From NCBI GenBank assembly GCA_037379345.1, contig CM074516.1, positions 45,793,626-45,857,625 on the forward strand: a DNA stretch of 64,000 bases, in the 5' to 3' direction. Below, in pieces: positions 28,801-40,600 of this stretch. The notes below the pieces were generated by a model that saw only the letters and a list, made by a program, of their open reading frames with translations, had not been told where the DNA came from and searched no databases. Position 1 is the first letter of the stretch; every line of letters begins with the position of its first letter. The translations under genes and the position numbers were made by a program. Origin of the DNA: Perna viridis (taxonomy: Eukaryota).

Positions 28801-30490
28801 AAGTTACTTTGTAATATGTTTGACAATCATCAGTAGACTACATATAGTTGTATTCATTTCAGAATGTTACATACTACTCATACCGAGGAAGATTTTCTGA
28901 ATCGACAACATTAGTGACTGTACGGAAAGGAAGTATTGTACCACGGGGAAAACAGACTTGGCAGAGAGAACTTATCAGCATTCCAACCACACCACCTTCA
29001 CATCTCCGAGGATGTAAAATTATAGATGTTCAGTATAGTTTGGAGGTAAACATTTGATTAAAAGAACTAAGAAAGTTGATTGTACCTTTAGAAGAGCTGA
29101 CAAATACATACATTTACAGAAATCAGAAGTTTTATTCATTGATTGCATTTGAAAAAAAAAATGTCCTTTTCAATCTGCTCAGTCCATCTGAATTCAGTAA
29201 AGTTAGAGTTTTAGCTATTTATGTGTTTATATGCACATTGAATTGCTTTAACATGGTCTCACATTGGCAATACATGATTTTTAACTTAAATTTTTAATGT
29301 TTTTGCCACAAAGTGGTATTTTTTATAGTTAACTATTCAACATGTTGACTTGTAATTAATGACGCTAGCAAAATGCTTTACTAATGACATATATGTTTCA
29401 GATGCTAAAAGTTTAGGATAGATATCATTCATTTGTTTGTTGTAAATGCATTGCTTTATAGCTTCATTTACTTGTCATTGATTTACATTAGTGGTGGTCT
29501 GAGGTCCAGCACCCTCAGTTTTGACATTGGTCCTTGACCTTCAAAACTTTTAAGTGACACTTTAATTGATTTTTGCTTTTCCTCAAGTGGACCTTTGATT
29601 TGAAACTCGCAAAGGTCCAAGGCCTTCCACTGTTGAAAGTAAATTTGAAAATGCACTTAGAAGTAGATGCAGTAAAATGTTGCTCTGTGAAAGGGTTTCT
29701 GAGTTATCTCCCCTTGTTGACACTGTTATAATCAAGAGAAGTACAAACTACACATGGTTCATACCAACCTGGTCTGGTTTGTGTCAATATAGAATATCAT
29801 TGGAAATCTGTTAGCTGCCATGGTACTGATCTGGTAGAAAGTGGCAAATATTTCCTGTTAAGTAAATATACAAAATATTTATTAAAATACACTGAGTACA
29901 TGAATTTAAATGGTTTGATGGTAAGTTTTTATTTTTCAGTATGTTCTGTATTACTGTATGATGCATAGTAAAAGAAGTAGCACTTTCTGTCTAAATGGAT
30001 AGGAAAAGTTTTCAGCTTGAAAGATGTAAACAAGATACATTTATTCAAGCTGAACACATTACATGATTCAATAAATAAGACAATGTAATCATGTTTAATT
30101 TCTATTTTATGGCTACACGTTACAAAATCCTCTTTGAATTTTTATAGGGAGTGCTTGAAGAAGGAAGTTAAGAATTAAAAAGAACAGTAAATTTAAATGA
30201 GAAAACTGTTTAAAAATGATTTGTTATTTTTCCAGTTGTGCATCAAGCCATCAGGGTTCTCTCGGAAAGTGAAACTCCCTGTGGACATTTTGATAGGAAC
30301 TGTCCCATTGTCTGACAAAACAGTAAAAAGATCATCCTACCATCCATTACCATCAAATGTAGACGAGAGAAGTGTTCCATTTCCATTCTTTGAAAATCCA
30401 TCAGATAAAGCATATCTAACAGACGTAGGATATTTACAACAAATGTTGCCCACAGCACCACCATGGGAAGAAGATGCTGATATTCCATAA
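4761..30490 (+). CDS. Arrestin domain-containing protein (alpha-arrestin, ARRDC2/3/4-like), 6 coding exons: 4761-4878, 9951-10061, 13674-13900, 16564-16746, 28863-29045, 30236-30490; 358 aa
   Basis: All junctions are GT-AG and phase-compatible (1,1,0,0,0). Arrestin_N motifs: YHAGDTVFG, GEAKVEW, GSHYFPFEFTLPPKAPSSFKGKHGRLRY, LDLN. Arrestin_C motifs: FCCIAGTV, EKKGF, AEIKN, IPTTPPSHLRGCKIIDVQYSL, LPVDILIGTVPL. Confidence 0.93.
5065..5508. mobile_element. PIF/Harbinger-type MITE
   Basis: TIR of about 33 bp GGCCAyATCAAnTAAATTTGTAGATTCTCATCC; TTA TSD at 5062-5064 and 5509-5511. Confidence 0.85.
6223..6346. repeat. Imperfect palindrome (fold-back) of about 124 bp
   Basis: aatgtaagac..gacac..gggta..ttcaa.gttctctaa / ttagagaac.ttgaa..taccc..gtgtc..gtcttgcatt. 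Confidence 0.75.
8055..8895. repeat. CA-rich minisatellite with units of about 28 bp
   Basis: acacacagaacctcactttaaagcact with variable (CA)n. Confidence 0.92.
9951..10061 (+). CDS. ARRDC-like coding exon 2 (VCLEAIGEAKVEWMTSSDIQASDEEVFNYTTVLPIK)
   Basis: Acceptor tatttcag, donor G|GTAGTT, phase 1/1. Confidence 0.88.
10346..10643 (-). mobile_element. Solo 3' end of the same Penelope-like family
   Basis: Colinear with 38553-38850 (gtaatcaagg.aaccaag...gactccactaaaaactgg...gagttgctcataaaaagtcaagtc). Confidence 0.85.
10705..10945. repeat. 20-bp minisatellite
   Basis: gtgtaagttagagataatca / gtgtaagttagagaaggtct. Confidence 0.9.
11000..11148. repeat. 29-bp x5 tandem repeat
   Basis: tcagataacattggttcctattttattta. 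Confidence 0.93.
13256..13702 (+). repeat. 46-48-bp minisatellite built from the ARRDC exon 3 acceptor junction
   Basis: Unit tgtgttactcacatgtttatgttacag|gagagactccagatggtgc; AG ends at 13283, 13329, 13375, 13421, 13467, 13515, 13561, 13609, with the true site at 13673. Confidence 0.95.
13674..13900 (+). CDS. ARRDC-like coding exon 3 (EKDTSDGAVLHSGSHYFPFEFTLPP...LDLNSEPDAA)
   Basis: Acceptor tgttacag ends at 13673, donor GTGAGT at 13901; core Arrestin_N motif. Confidence 0.92.
16564..16746 (+). CDS. ARRDC-like coding exon 4 (YPVENDTFETVGSFCCIAG...HVSLIQ)
   Basis: Acceptor ttttcag, donor CAG|GTAAGA, 183 nt, phase 0/0. Confidence 0.9.
19695..19785. repeat. 29-bp x3 tandem repeat
   Basis: gtaaagtaaccctgtggactccaagacat. 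Confidence 0.85.
20848..21421. repeat. 41-bp minisatellite, about 14 units
   Basis: tttatatttgtctagtgatgtatggtggactggagtgtcag. Confidence 0.95.
25470..25720 (+). repeat. Degenerate dispersed repeat related to 48025-48495
   Basis: gcctgtcccaagtctggaaatct ... ttgggttttttctccttggcacattcc. Confidence 0.45.
28863..29045 (+). CDS. ARRDC-like coding exon 5 (NVTYYSYRG...IIDVQYSLE)
   Basis: Acceptor tttcag, donor GAG|GTAAAC, 183 nt. Confidence 0.9.
30236..30490 (+). CDS. ARRDC-like coding exon 6 (LCIKPSG...LPTAPPWEEDADIP*)
   Basis: Acceptor ttttccag, TAA at 30488-30490, then donor CAG|GTAACT at 30499. Confidence 0.88.
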   Translation: MCIKPSGFSRKVKLPVDILIGTVPLSDKTVKRSSYHPLPSNVDERSVPFPFFENPSDKAYLTDVGYLQQMLPTAPPWEEDADIP

Positions 30491-31003
30491 CTACTCAGGT
30501 AACTTATGTCAGAAACAAATAGTTAAATGACAAAGTATTACAATTCATTTATGCACAGACTGTATAAGTTTCAAAACATGAATAAATGTTAATTATCAAA
30601 AATTGCAAATATCTATCAGCTTAGTTTAGGTTAACTACCTATTCTTGTGATAATAAAACCATGGTTTACAGGAAATAAGTTTGGATTTGCACTGAAAAAA
30701 ATACAAAAGTTTTTTTTTCCAAAATTAAATTGATAGATTTCAAAAGCCAGTTTTGATGTAATAAATATTAGGGAAAAAGCAGTAGTGATATCCTATATGC
30801 AGATACTCTGAACATGAATGGCTCAAAATCTTTCAGTTGAAAGTGACATATTTTGGAAGTATGTATATAGTTTGTAGTTAGGAAGTGTTTCATAGAAGTG
30901 CATGGTCCTGTAGGTAGAGAAATCACCCATAAGAATGGCTCAGTTCCTCATTGGCCGAAAATTATATTACATTAATGTATCACATTGTTTTATCTTATTT
31001 CAG

Positions 31004-33264
31004 TGAAATACTGTGGGAACTACTGTCTCCTTTCTGAAGAGCAAATCCATGAGTTTTGAATGTGAAAAAAAAAACCTATGGCGATACAGAAATATAAGAC
31101 TGTTTGATTGGATAAATGTCATCCAGTGCTGTGATTAGTGAACTTTGAACTTTGAACTAAAGATATTTGTAAACTTGTAAGCTTGTAAAGCTAAATGTAC
31201 AACCATGAAAATCTTCCTCAGTCTAAGTTTATTTCTGTTGCATAGTAAATATTTCGTTTGTATTCTCCGTAGACATCACTATATACTATCACAATGACAT
31301 GTAACCATGTTTAACATGAAGCATATTTACTGATAACAGTATGCAATGATATTTGTGTGAATAAGTGCTCATTGTATGACCTTGATAATGAATGTCATAA
31401 AAACCTAAGCAGTCATCAGCAAGGCTTGAATAAATGATATTCATCATGAAATGCTTTCAACTGTAGGTAGGTCAGTGGCAATAACTCTCAGATTTATGTA
31501 AGGTAGAACCATATTTGTTATGGATTAACTGGAAGTCTTAGATTTGTTTTGTAAATACATGTAAATGTAGTTGTTAAGGAAATGTATAATATTGTCTTGA
31601 TTTAGTTTGTACTATAACAATGAAACTCAATCAGCTGTGATATATTGCCAAATATAGTAAATGATGTAATATTTATAGTTTGTCATGTGATAGTCACATG
31701 GTACTATAATGAAGTGCTTGATGTTCAGTTATGTTCATTTAATTGTTACTTATAAAGTTGATAGATTATACATTTTAACATACAAGAATTTTATTGTGAA
31801 GAAGTTTTATATCATTAACTTGTTTTATTGGATATAAATGACATTATGATTTTTTAACCAGCAGATATTTGTAGCCTCATTTAATGGCTTTTTTATAATC
31901 ATTTGTGGAAATCTTGCAGTTAATTTTAGATCGAAATTATTCAGTGAGAAAGCAGTTTTCAATTTCAATCAGTGGCAACTGAACCAAATACTTGCTTATT
32001 TTTTTCTATTGCTTCATAAGTTGGTCCTTTTGTAGCCAAGTCAGGGAAGTTTTTTATCAGCATTTATTGTGTTAAAGACATAATGTCTTTAAGCTTTTTG
32101 TAGTAAAACCAATTAGTCCATGTGTCTTCCAGAAATATTAGACAAATCAAAAGATACTGCTGTAATTTAAAAATGATGAGATTAATTCAAAATTTAGTCT
32201 TTTTTCAAATGTGAGAATTGAAGCAATTGCCTACATAGTATAAAGATAAAATCAGTTGTAAATGTGACGGTTGATAGGTCGTGAATAATGTATTTATTTG
32301 GCATCTTTTATAAAGTATTCTCCAACTTCTGATATGTTCCCATATGTTTGATTAGAGGTATACACCAGAAAACAAACTTGTATAGTTTTAATCCTTATAA
32401 TTACCGATACTGTTACAATCTACTGTAAAGACTTCTATCACAAATTATATTATTACATTCTGAGGTTTAAATTGTAATTATGGGAGGTAACCATGACCTA
32501 AAATTATTTATCAACAAATAGAAATCAACATTAACTTAGAAAAGTTTTTACTAATAATGAACTGATTAATTCTCCTTTATATCCACGATGTTTTTTTACA
32601 ACACATTCAACAAACATGTATGTGTATGTTAGATACTCTCTATAACTAATGAATAGTCCTACAGAAATTAATATCAATCTCCTGTTCAGTTGTGTTAATA
32701 AAAATGTATTTATGTCCTATGTAGGGTTATCATCACAAGATCAGTTCACATTTTATCAATACATAGCATCTTTTATATTGATATTAATGTTCAGTGTATT
32801 AGTTATATGGATATTTAGATTTTAAATCTGCAAGCCAGCAGTGTTCATTACTAAGAACCATAACTCTGCTTATTACATAAGATTGCCATGCATGAAACTA
32901 TATGGACATATTACATCAATAGTAATATGCCCTGTTGTTGGGTAGTATGTCACATTTTATCATTTGTGGAGAGAAATATTGCACTTGTCATTACCACTGT
33001 GAAATAATGTGCATAATCACTGTATAAAGTTAATGGTCATCACTCAAGGGAATAATGTTACATTGACTCTCCCCTAAATAGTAAGTGGAGTTATTACTTT
33101 AGGGAGTTATATTATTCAGCCCTGGGTAGTGTTTCATAATCCAGTTATTACTTGCGGGAGTTATAATATTCTTACTAATGTGTGTCATTATAGGTACAAC
33201 ACTTGTAATGCAATATTGTATGTTGAAATTATGATGACAATAAATTATAATTAACTATAATAAA
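31004..33264 (+). other. Probable terminal 3'UTR exon of the ARRDC-like gene
   Basis: Acceptor cttatttcag ends at 31003; AATAAA at 33239 and 33259; the T-over-A skew of the + strand appears by eye to reverse shortly after this point. Confidence 0.5.
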
Positions 33265-33709
33265 ATGTTGAGTCTTCAATTTTTGTGCTCCATGAACAGA
33301 TTTAGAATTAAAACTTTACAATTGCTATACTGCATGCATTTATATCTGAATCTAGAAATACTAACATATACATCAAAGATTCAGACAGTATATAAATGAA
33401 GGAATCCTATTTGAATTGGATGCAGCTTGATATGACTTCGGAGACTGAACAATAAACAGTTGTGCAGAAAGTATGGACACAACATTCATGCTTGAAACAG
33501 CTCAATTTGAATTGGGATTTAATATAGAACACAGCATTGAATTTGGACTAGAATTAGACATCAAATAACTTAAGCAATTATAAATATACCTAATAATTTA
33601 CATGAAGTGGTATTTACAAATCCTTAAATGTACCTTGTAAGCACTATATTTGTAGTAGACCTATTCTCTCACATGGTCACATGACAAAACTTATGGGCAC
33701 TATTAGCAG

Positions 33710-33822
33710 ATAGATAAGGATTGAAACACTTGTTTTTGGATTTGTAGATAAGGATAGTACATTGAAACTCTAGTTTTTGGATTTGTAGATAAGGATAGTA
33801 CATTGAAACTTGGATTTGTATA
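33710..33822. repeat. Short tandem duplication of about 41 bp
   Basis: ttggatttgtagataaggatagtacattgaaact. Confidence 0.8.
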
Positions 33823-34069
33823 TTTTTTGTCAATAATTAAAACATAACTTAGTATTACCTTGCTCATCCATATCCTTCAAGTGAGAAGATACATAAGTCT
33901 GGATTTAAGTTATATTATTTTACTTGATCAATTTGATAACATAAATAATTCATATCACAATTCTGCTTTAATTTCTGTTCTAGTTCATACATAACATTAT
34001 CTGTGAGAAATCTTGCACCTAATCATTCACACTTCATAAACTTTCTACAAACTCAACTTAATTCACATT

Positions 34070-34281
34070 TACTGTGAAAGTACTTTTATTCATTGGTACC
34101 AATTTTTGTGGGTTTAGGGAAAACTGATCAGTTTGTTGGTTCTTGACTTTGTGGATTTGACACCTCTTATCACACAAACAAATGCAAAATCTCCTTTTTG
34201 TTGGGAACAAATTTCATGGTTAACCAAATACACGAAAACCACGAAAATTGGTACTCCACAATCAATAATACTTTCATAGTA
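34070..34281. mobile_element. Short TA-flanked MITE (Tc1/mariner-like)
   Basis: Ends tactgtgaaagta and tactttcatagta; inner inverted gtaccaatttttgtgg / ccacgaaaattggtac. Confidence 0.7.
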
Positions 34282-34595
34282 TAACATGATTTTTATTGAG
34301 TCTATAAATACCACTATCAACTATCATTTGTTATTCATGGAAAATAAACTTTCATATGAAAAGCACATAAAAAGCACAGAGGCCAGTCCCTCTAAAGCTC
34401 AATCTGTCAGGAAACAAAATCTTGGAGAATCCCTCAATATTCTCATATTTATCACGTAAGTCCATATACTTAATTTGAATACATATTTATAATGAACTAA
34501 TGACTCAATGCTACATTCTTAATGTCTCATTTGATTTAATCAACTGAAGTCACTAAAAGAACACAAGCCTGAAGACAATTCATTCCTGTGTGTGT

Positions 34596-34687
34596 TCAGT
34601 CTTCAGGTTCTGAGCTTGATATGTCATCTTGTAGGACAGCAGATGTAAGAGACTTCAGATCTTCTATCACAGAGGTTATAGGCTCAT
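34596..34687 (-). CDS. CCHCR1: CCHCR1 last coding exon (DEPITSVIEDLKSLTSAVLQDDISSSEPED*)
   Basis: Acceptor ttttag, TGA at 34598-34596. Confidence 0.87.
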
Positions 34688-37600
34688 CTAAAATACACAA
34701 TATACATCATTAATTACAGGAGGTTACTCAATATTTCAGTATGCACATAATTTAAATGTAATACAAAATTACATAATATGAAGAAAAGAATACAACATCC
34801 ACATCATGTTTGAATGATTTTGATACAGCCAGATGATTTGAGTCCTTTTAACCACTTGTAATAAAAAAAATAAATCCTAACACTTATACTTTCATTAAGA
34901 ACAAAATATTAAATAACTTGTGATGATATATCTATACTAAGAATGATCTTACTATAAAAACTATTAAATGTTGAAAAACAATGTGTACAAATCACGCAAA
35001 TAAATTATTTCTACTTAAGAAGTATTGTTTTACTTTTCATTCGCATTTGAAATAGCTTTTGACTATTCCTAAATTAAACAAATAACACTGGAATATTACC
35101 TTTGGTAGGTGGAGATAACTCTACTTTACTTGGTAGATCTGGTTCCCGAAATACTGATGATTCATCTATCATTACTGGTTCCCCTCTAGCATTCTTTATT
35201 CTACCTATCAATCCTTCCTGTCTTAATGTTGCCTAAATATAAGTATTCTTTATTTATAATCCAGAGCCAATGCAGCACAGGTCAAACAATACTGTATCAT
35301 GTAAATTTATAGGGTACAACTTCAAAATCCCCCCCCAAAAAAATGTTTTCTGACTGTATAAATGGTTGATGTGGAATAATGACTATTAAATTTTCCGAGT
35401 GTGGTAAATTTTGATATTTAACAATGCAATACTGACATTTTTTGTTTTCACTCCAGGATTTTACGTGCTAAATACTTCACTATTGAGAGGTATAGTAACT
35501 TATTTCACAGATGGTTTAAGATATTTATATGCTCTTTGCAAAAATAAGATATTCCTGAAATATTGGCCAAAGATAAATTATATTTCACCAATTAAAATGA
35601 TGATTATTTTGATATCAGGTAATCAACCAAGTTCACTCATGCCTAATACACAGAAGACTTAGTACATATAACAAATTGTGTGTTTCTCAGCATTTTACTG
35701 TGAAACCAATATAAGTTGTCACTGAGTATGGATGTGACTGGACAAGAAACCAATATTGCTGTCCCTTAGCATAGATGTGGTTGGACAAGAAACCAATATT
35801 GCTGTCCCTGAGCATTAGATGTGATTGGACAAGAAAAGTTGTCATTTCAGAGGTAATTTACAAGTATGTCGACACTGTATTGTGTAAAATTTTGAAAATT
35901 TCGGCAGACAATTTTCAGTATCTATTTATATAATTACCATCATAAGATTTCTTTCAGCTTCCACCGCTTGTAATCTTTGTTGTAGTCCCTCTATCTGTCT
36001 AGTATAGTGTTGTTCTACTGTGTTTAAATGTTCAGTAGCTCTTTCCTTTTCTCTCCCAGTCTGTCTTTCCAACTGCCTCAAGGAAACCACTAAAACATTT
36101 AAAGAGTAACTGTTATATTTTTTTCATTCTATGAAAAAATAATCTCAATCACACAGTCTACACTAAATAACTTGCTAGCAGATATTTACAAGTGTACACC
36201 ATGGACATTGACGTCTTTTCAAATAGACAGAAAAATATAACAGTCATACCTAATAATTTAATTTAAAAATTCAACGAGTAAATCATGTAAAAATTTTTAA
36301 ATTTATAGGAACATAAAAGGGTTTAATATAACATAAAGCATTTCTCATCAAGAGATTTCATTTAGAATTTTGATACTTGATATCACACAAAACACTAAAG
36401 AAATCCATAGATCATACATGTCTTAAAGTACACACAAAATCATACTCTATATAGTACATGATAATAATAATAGATTTTTTACAATTGTCAATACTAGTAT
36501 TTCATATTTTTAACCTAAAAATATATTTTTAATATTCCAATGACTATAATTATTGTTAATAATAAATCCTTAAGAAATCTTTCCTAACATATGTTTATTT
36601 CACCAAGTATTAAATCAAATATTTGAGCATAGATCATAACTTTAATATATATTCAGAATGTAATTTGTCAATATCTAAAATTAAAAACTGTTTTCATACT
36701 ATGTACATATTGGTAATTTCTACCCTCCCCCAACCCAATGATTTCAGGAAATTATTGTTTTTTTCAGTTTTAATATTTAAACATGACCTAAATATCTTAT
36801 TTAAAAGAGACAAAAGGATGGTTATTTAATGATTCTGATTTTAGCATTATTAGATTATTAAAATATCATCAATATTCTGCAAAAGTTTACAATGATTTTT
36901 ATAATAACACAGACATTTAGTTACAGTAAAAAGGATGAAGAAAAATCCCATAGAAAAGTATGGGATGTGGTAGATACTCCCAATATAATAGCCATAAACA
37001 TTAATGTATGAATAATGACCTGCTTTTGTATGTTCTCTCTTAGTATCATTAAGGTGTCTGTCCAAGTCTGCCAGTCGTTCCTCAAACTGTTGCTCAACAA
37101 TTGTTTTCTGTTCTTCTAAAGCTAAAATAATAGACTAGTTTTTAAAAATAAAAACTGTCAATACTGTAATAAGTTACTTAAAATTTGTTTGCTAAAACAA
37201 ACCAGTTGAATATTTTTGTGAAATTTAACCAATCCTTCTTCTAATTATTCTTAGTAAAGACCAACTAAATATCAAAATTTATCTCTTATTCAACAACTAA
37301 GCTTATGAGAATTTGCAAAGAAATTTACATTCCTAGAACACTCATGAATTTTCAATGTGCTTCTTGAATTTTATCTTGTTCTATGGTGACTTGACATTAA
37401 CAAAGCTCTACTTTCACTTTGATATACATAGTTCTGTAATGACTTAACATTAACAAAGCTCTACTTTCACTTTGGTATACATAGTTCTGTAGTGACTTGA
37501 CATTAACAAAGCTCTCCTTTCACTTTGGTATACATAGTTCTGTATTGAATTGGCAATGACAAAGCTCAACTTTGGTATACATAGTTCTGTATTGACTCGG

Positions 37601-40600
37601 CAATGACAAAGTCCTGCTTAACCTTTGGTTTATTAGTTCTGTAGTGACTAGACATTCAACAAAGCATTTTTGAATTGAATTTACATTTACCAAACTCTAC
37701 TTTCACTTTATCTTTTACCTTGATCTGTATTGACTTGACATTTCCCAAGCTCTACTTTTAAGTTATCTATCTGATCAGTGGCATCTTCAAGTTCTATATT
37801 TAATCTGTCCACTTCACCTGTCAATTTACTACATTGCTGAAAATAAACATAGTAAAGTAGCATATAACTGTCATTAAACTTTACAATTTGATGTGAGATA
37901 ATAATGTAACTATATCTTAAGAAGGGGTTGATTGAATATTACAGGCTAAAACAAATACAATAAGAAATGGCAGACCATATATTAATGTCTTTGTGAAGAC
38001 ATCATTGGGTAATTTAATGGAGACAACATTTGCCTGTGGTCAATATAGGGATCATCATCGGGATGGATATTTGAAGAATACGGAGTTGATGTAAGAGAAC
38101 AGTTCATGTCAATGTTATACCTGTGATTTTATCCTTACTTGATGTAAGAGAACAGTTCATATCAATGCTATACCTGTGATTTTATCCTGAGTTGATGTAA
38201 GAGAACAGTTCATATCAATGTTATACCTGTGATTTTATCTGTAAATCTGTATCTAATTCTTCTACAGTTTCTCTGAGAGTTTTAATTTCTTCATTTTCTG
38301 GAAAATGAATATAACTGTATGACCAAAAGGTTATGGAACATTTAATTTTGACAGTAAGTTTATTATTTCCTGGTGTAATTTGATATCTATCAATTTTGAT
38401 TTGATCTTCCTTGAGAATAGCCCATCAAAATCATGATCAAGTCAATGATGGAGTCTAAACTTCTCATTAATTTTAAGAATATTTTCTGCCACTTCATTAT
38501 TAGTGATGTTTGCTTTTACACAGGGGTAGTATTTGCAGCCATATCTTACAGAAAGTGTAATCAAGGGAACCAAGGTTATAGCGGTAATCAAAAGAATGTA
38601 ATCCAGGGACAAAGACCAGACATGGAAAACAGACATACACAGCAAAGAACATAAAGTAACTAAAATCATACATACAAAGTAACAAAAGCAAATGAGCCAC
38701 TCGGACTCCACTAAAAACTGGTAGTATGGACCAGGTGCACCAGTAGGGTAAGCGTCCTCTGCTTTTCTAGAAACACCCGCTGAGTTGCTCATAAAAAGTC
38801 AAGTCCGGGGTAGACAAACGAGGAAAGGAAAACTATGACCTGTTGAATAAATCAGTTTTCATGGTGCTGATGGATACACCATAACAATCCACGAGTTCAC
38901 AATGATGACCATAAAACTTCTGTAGTGATGACTTCAATCTTGTAGCAACATAACCCTGCTCCAGAAGCCTATTTGTTAGATTTCTAGCGTGATACAAAAA
39001 GTCGGCGTAGTTTGGGCAAGCTCTAGCATAACGTATGAGTTGTGATATGAACACTCCATACGCAGGAGCCGAAGGGATGTTGCCACAGATGAAAGGAAAG
39101 TTGACAATTCTGAATGAAAAGTCATCACGTTTGTCGTAAAGTTTGGTCAATAGTTTTCCTAGTTTTACCATCGATTTCTAAGTGAAGATCAAGATATCAG
39201 GCTGACTTCACAGTGTCTGTAGTATCCTTTATCTCAAGTTCTTTTGGGTAGATGCGATGTATCAAATTCCCGAAATTATTATTGTTTAAAGATAATACGT
39301 CATCTATATAGCGGAAACTGAGACTGAAGGATCAAGACAAAAGATATTTTTTCTTTCTGATTAGATCAGCTATAAAGTCAGCCTTGTAAGAGTGAAGGAA
39401 TAGGTCAGCAAGTAAAGGAGCACAATTTGTTCCCATTGGAATGCTGACCGTTTGTTGAAAAACATGTCCACCACACTGGACAAATATGTTGTCGATTAAA
39501 AATTCCAGCATTTTGTAAACATCTTCCTATGTTTATTTGGAAGATGATTTGGAATTATTTCTTACAAAGTATGAGGAATCTCTACCAAGAACTAGATATT
39601 TGTATCTAGGTGTACCATCTTTTTTGGAAAAACAACAATGTATAATGTTTTTAAGTCAGGATTTTAACTGAGTATGAGCAATAGAAGTATACAGTGTTGA
39701 AAAATCATAGGTTTTAATGCTATTATATTCAGATAATAGTCTTGAACTGATTGTCTCCAAAAGATCTTTCGAATTTTTCAGGATCCACATTGAATTAATA
39801 CCACTATGGGAGTAACAAGTGTTGTGGTAGGACTGCAGACCCTCTTTGACAGTTGTATAGAAGTTAAAAGTTTTGAAAGAGGTTTGGTGTTACATTTTGC
39901 AGATCCAGCTATGAAACGTTGTTTGTATGGATTCTTGTGGAGTTTAGGAATCCAGTACATAGACGGTAAATCACAATCATCGTCCTTGGTAGAGAGACCA
40001 AAAGAGGATAGCACAGATTTATGGTTTTCTACAATCTCTTCTTTGGAGAGAGTGGTAGCAGTATAGGTCTTATCACTGCTATTATTTTCTACGTCTACCT
40101 CTGATAATAAACATTGCATATAAAACATTTTGCTGACAAAAACAGTGTTGTTTCGGGCTTTGTCTGCTGGTACGACAACATATTTGTCATGTATAGTAGA
40201 CAATGTTTTTGCTACACCTAGATTTCTTGTTTTTAAATAATTGTCTTTCAATCTAAAATGTTATACATGAGTCAAAGAGCTAAATGCTGCAAAGTGTTAA
40301 TCTTGATGGTCTTTTATCCTATTTTTATTTGTTATTTTCTTTTATGTGTGTACTTTTTATTTATATATTATTGATAAACAATATGAAACTTTAATACTAA
40401 CTCTGAGTATTGGCTTCCATGTGTCGTTCTGTCCATGTTTCAGAATCTTGCTTCAGTTGTGCAACAACTTTATCTCTCTCTTCTGTCACCCTCTCTAGTT
40501 CTTTTCTCAGAACTGATGAACTGAAAATACAAGTAAAACAACTTATATTGTATTAAGTATAATATAAAATTATATGAACATAACCATTTTATGATGATTA

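Noticed and set aside
39190-39345. In-frame TGA codons in the Penelope-like RT as selenocysteine (reported for some Naiad elements)
   Set aside because: They fall at positions that do not look like Cys sites (for example SA*YLDL for SASYLDL) in a copy that also has frameshifts; no clear SECIS seen.
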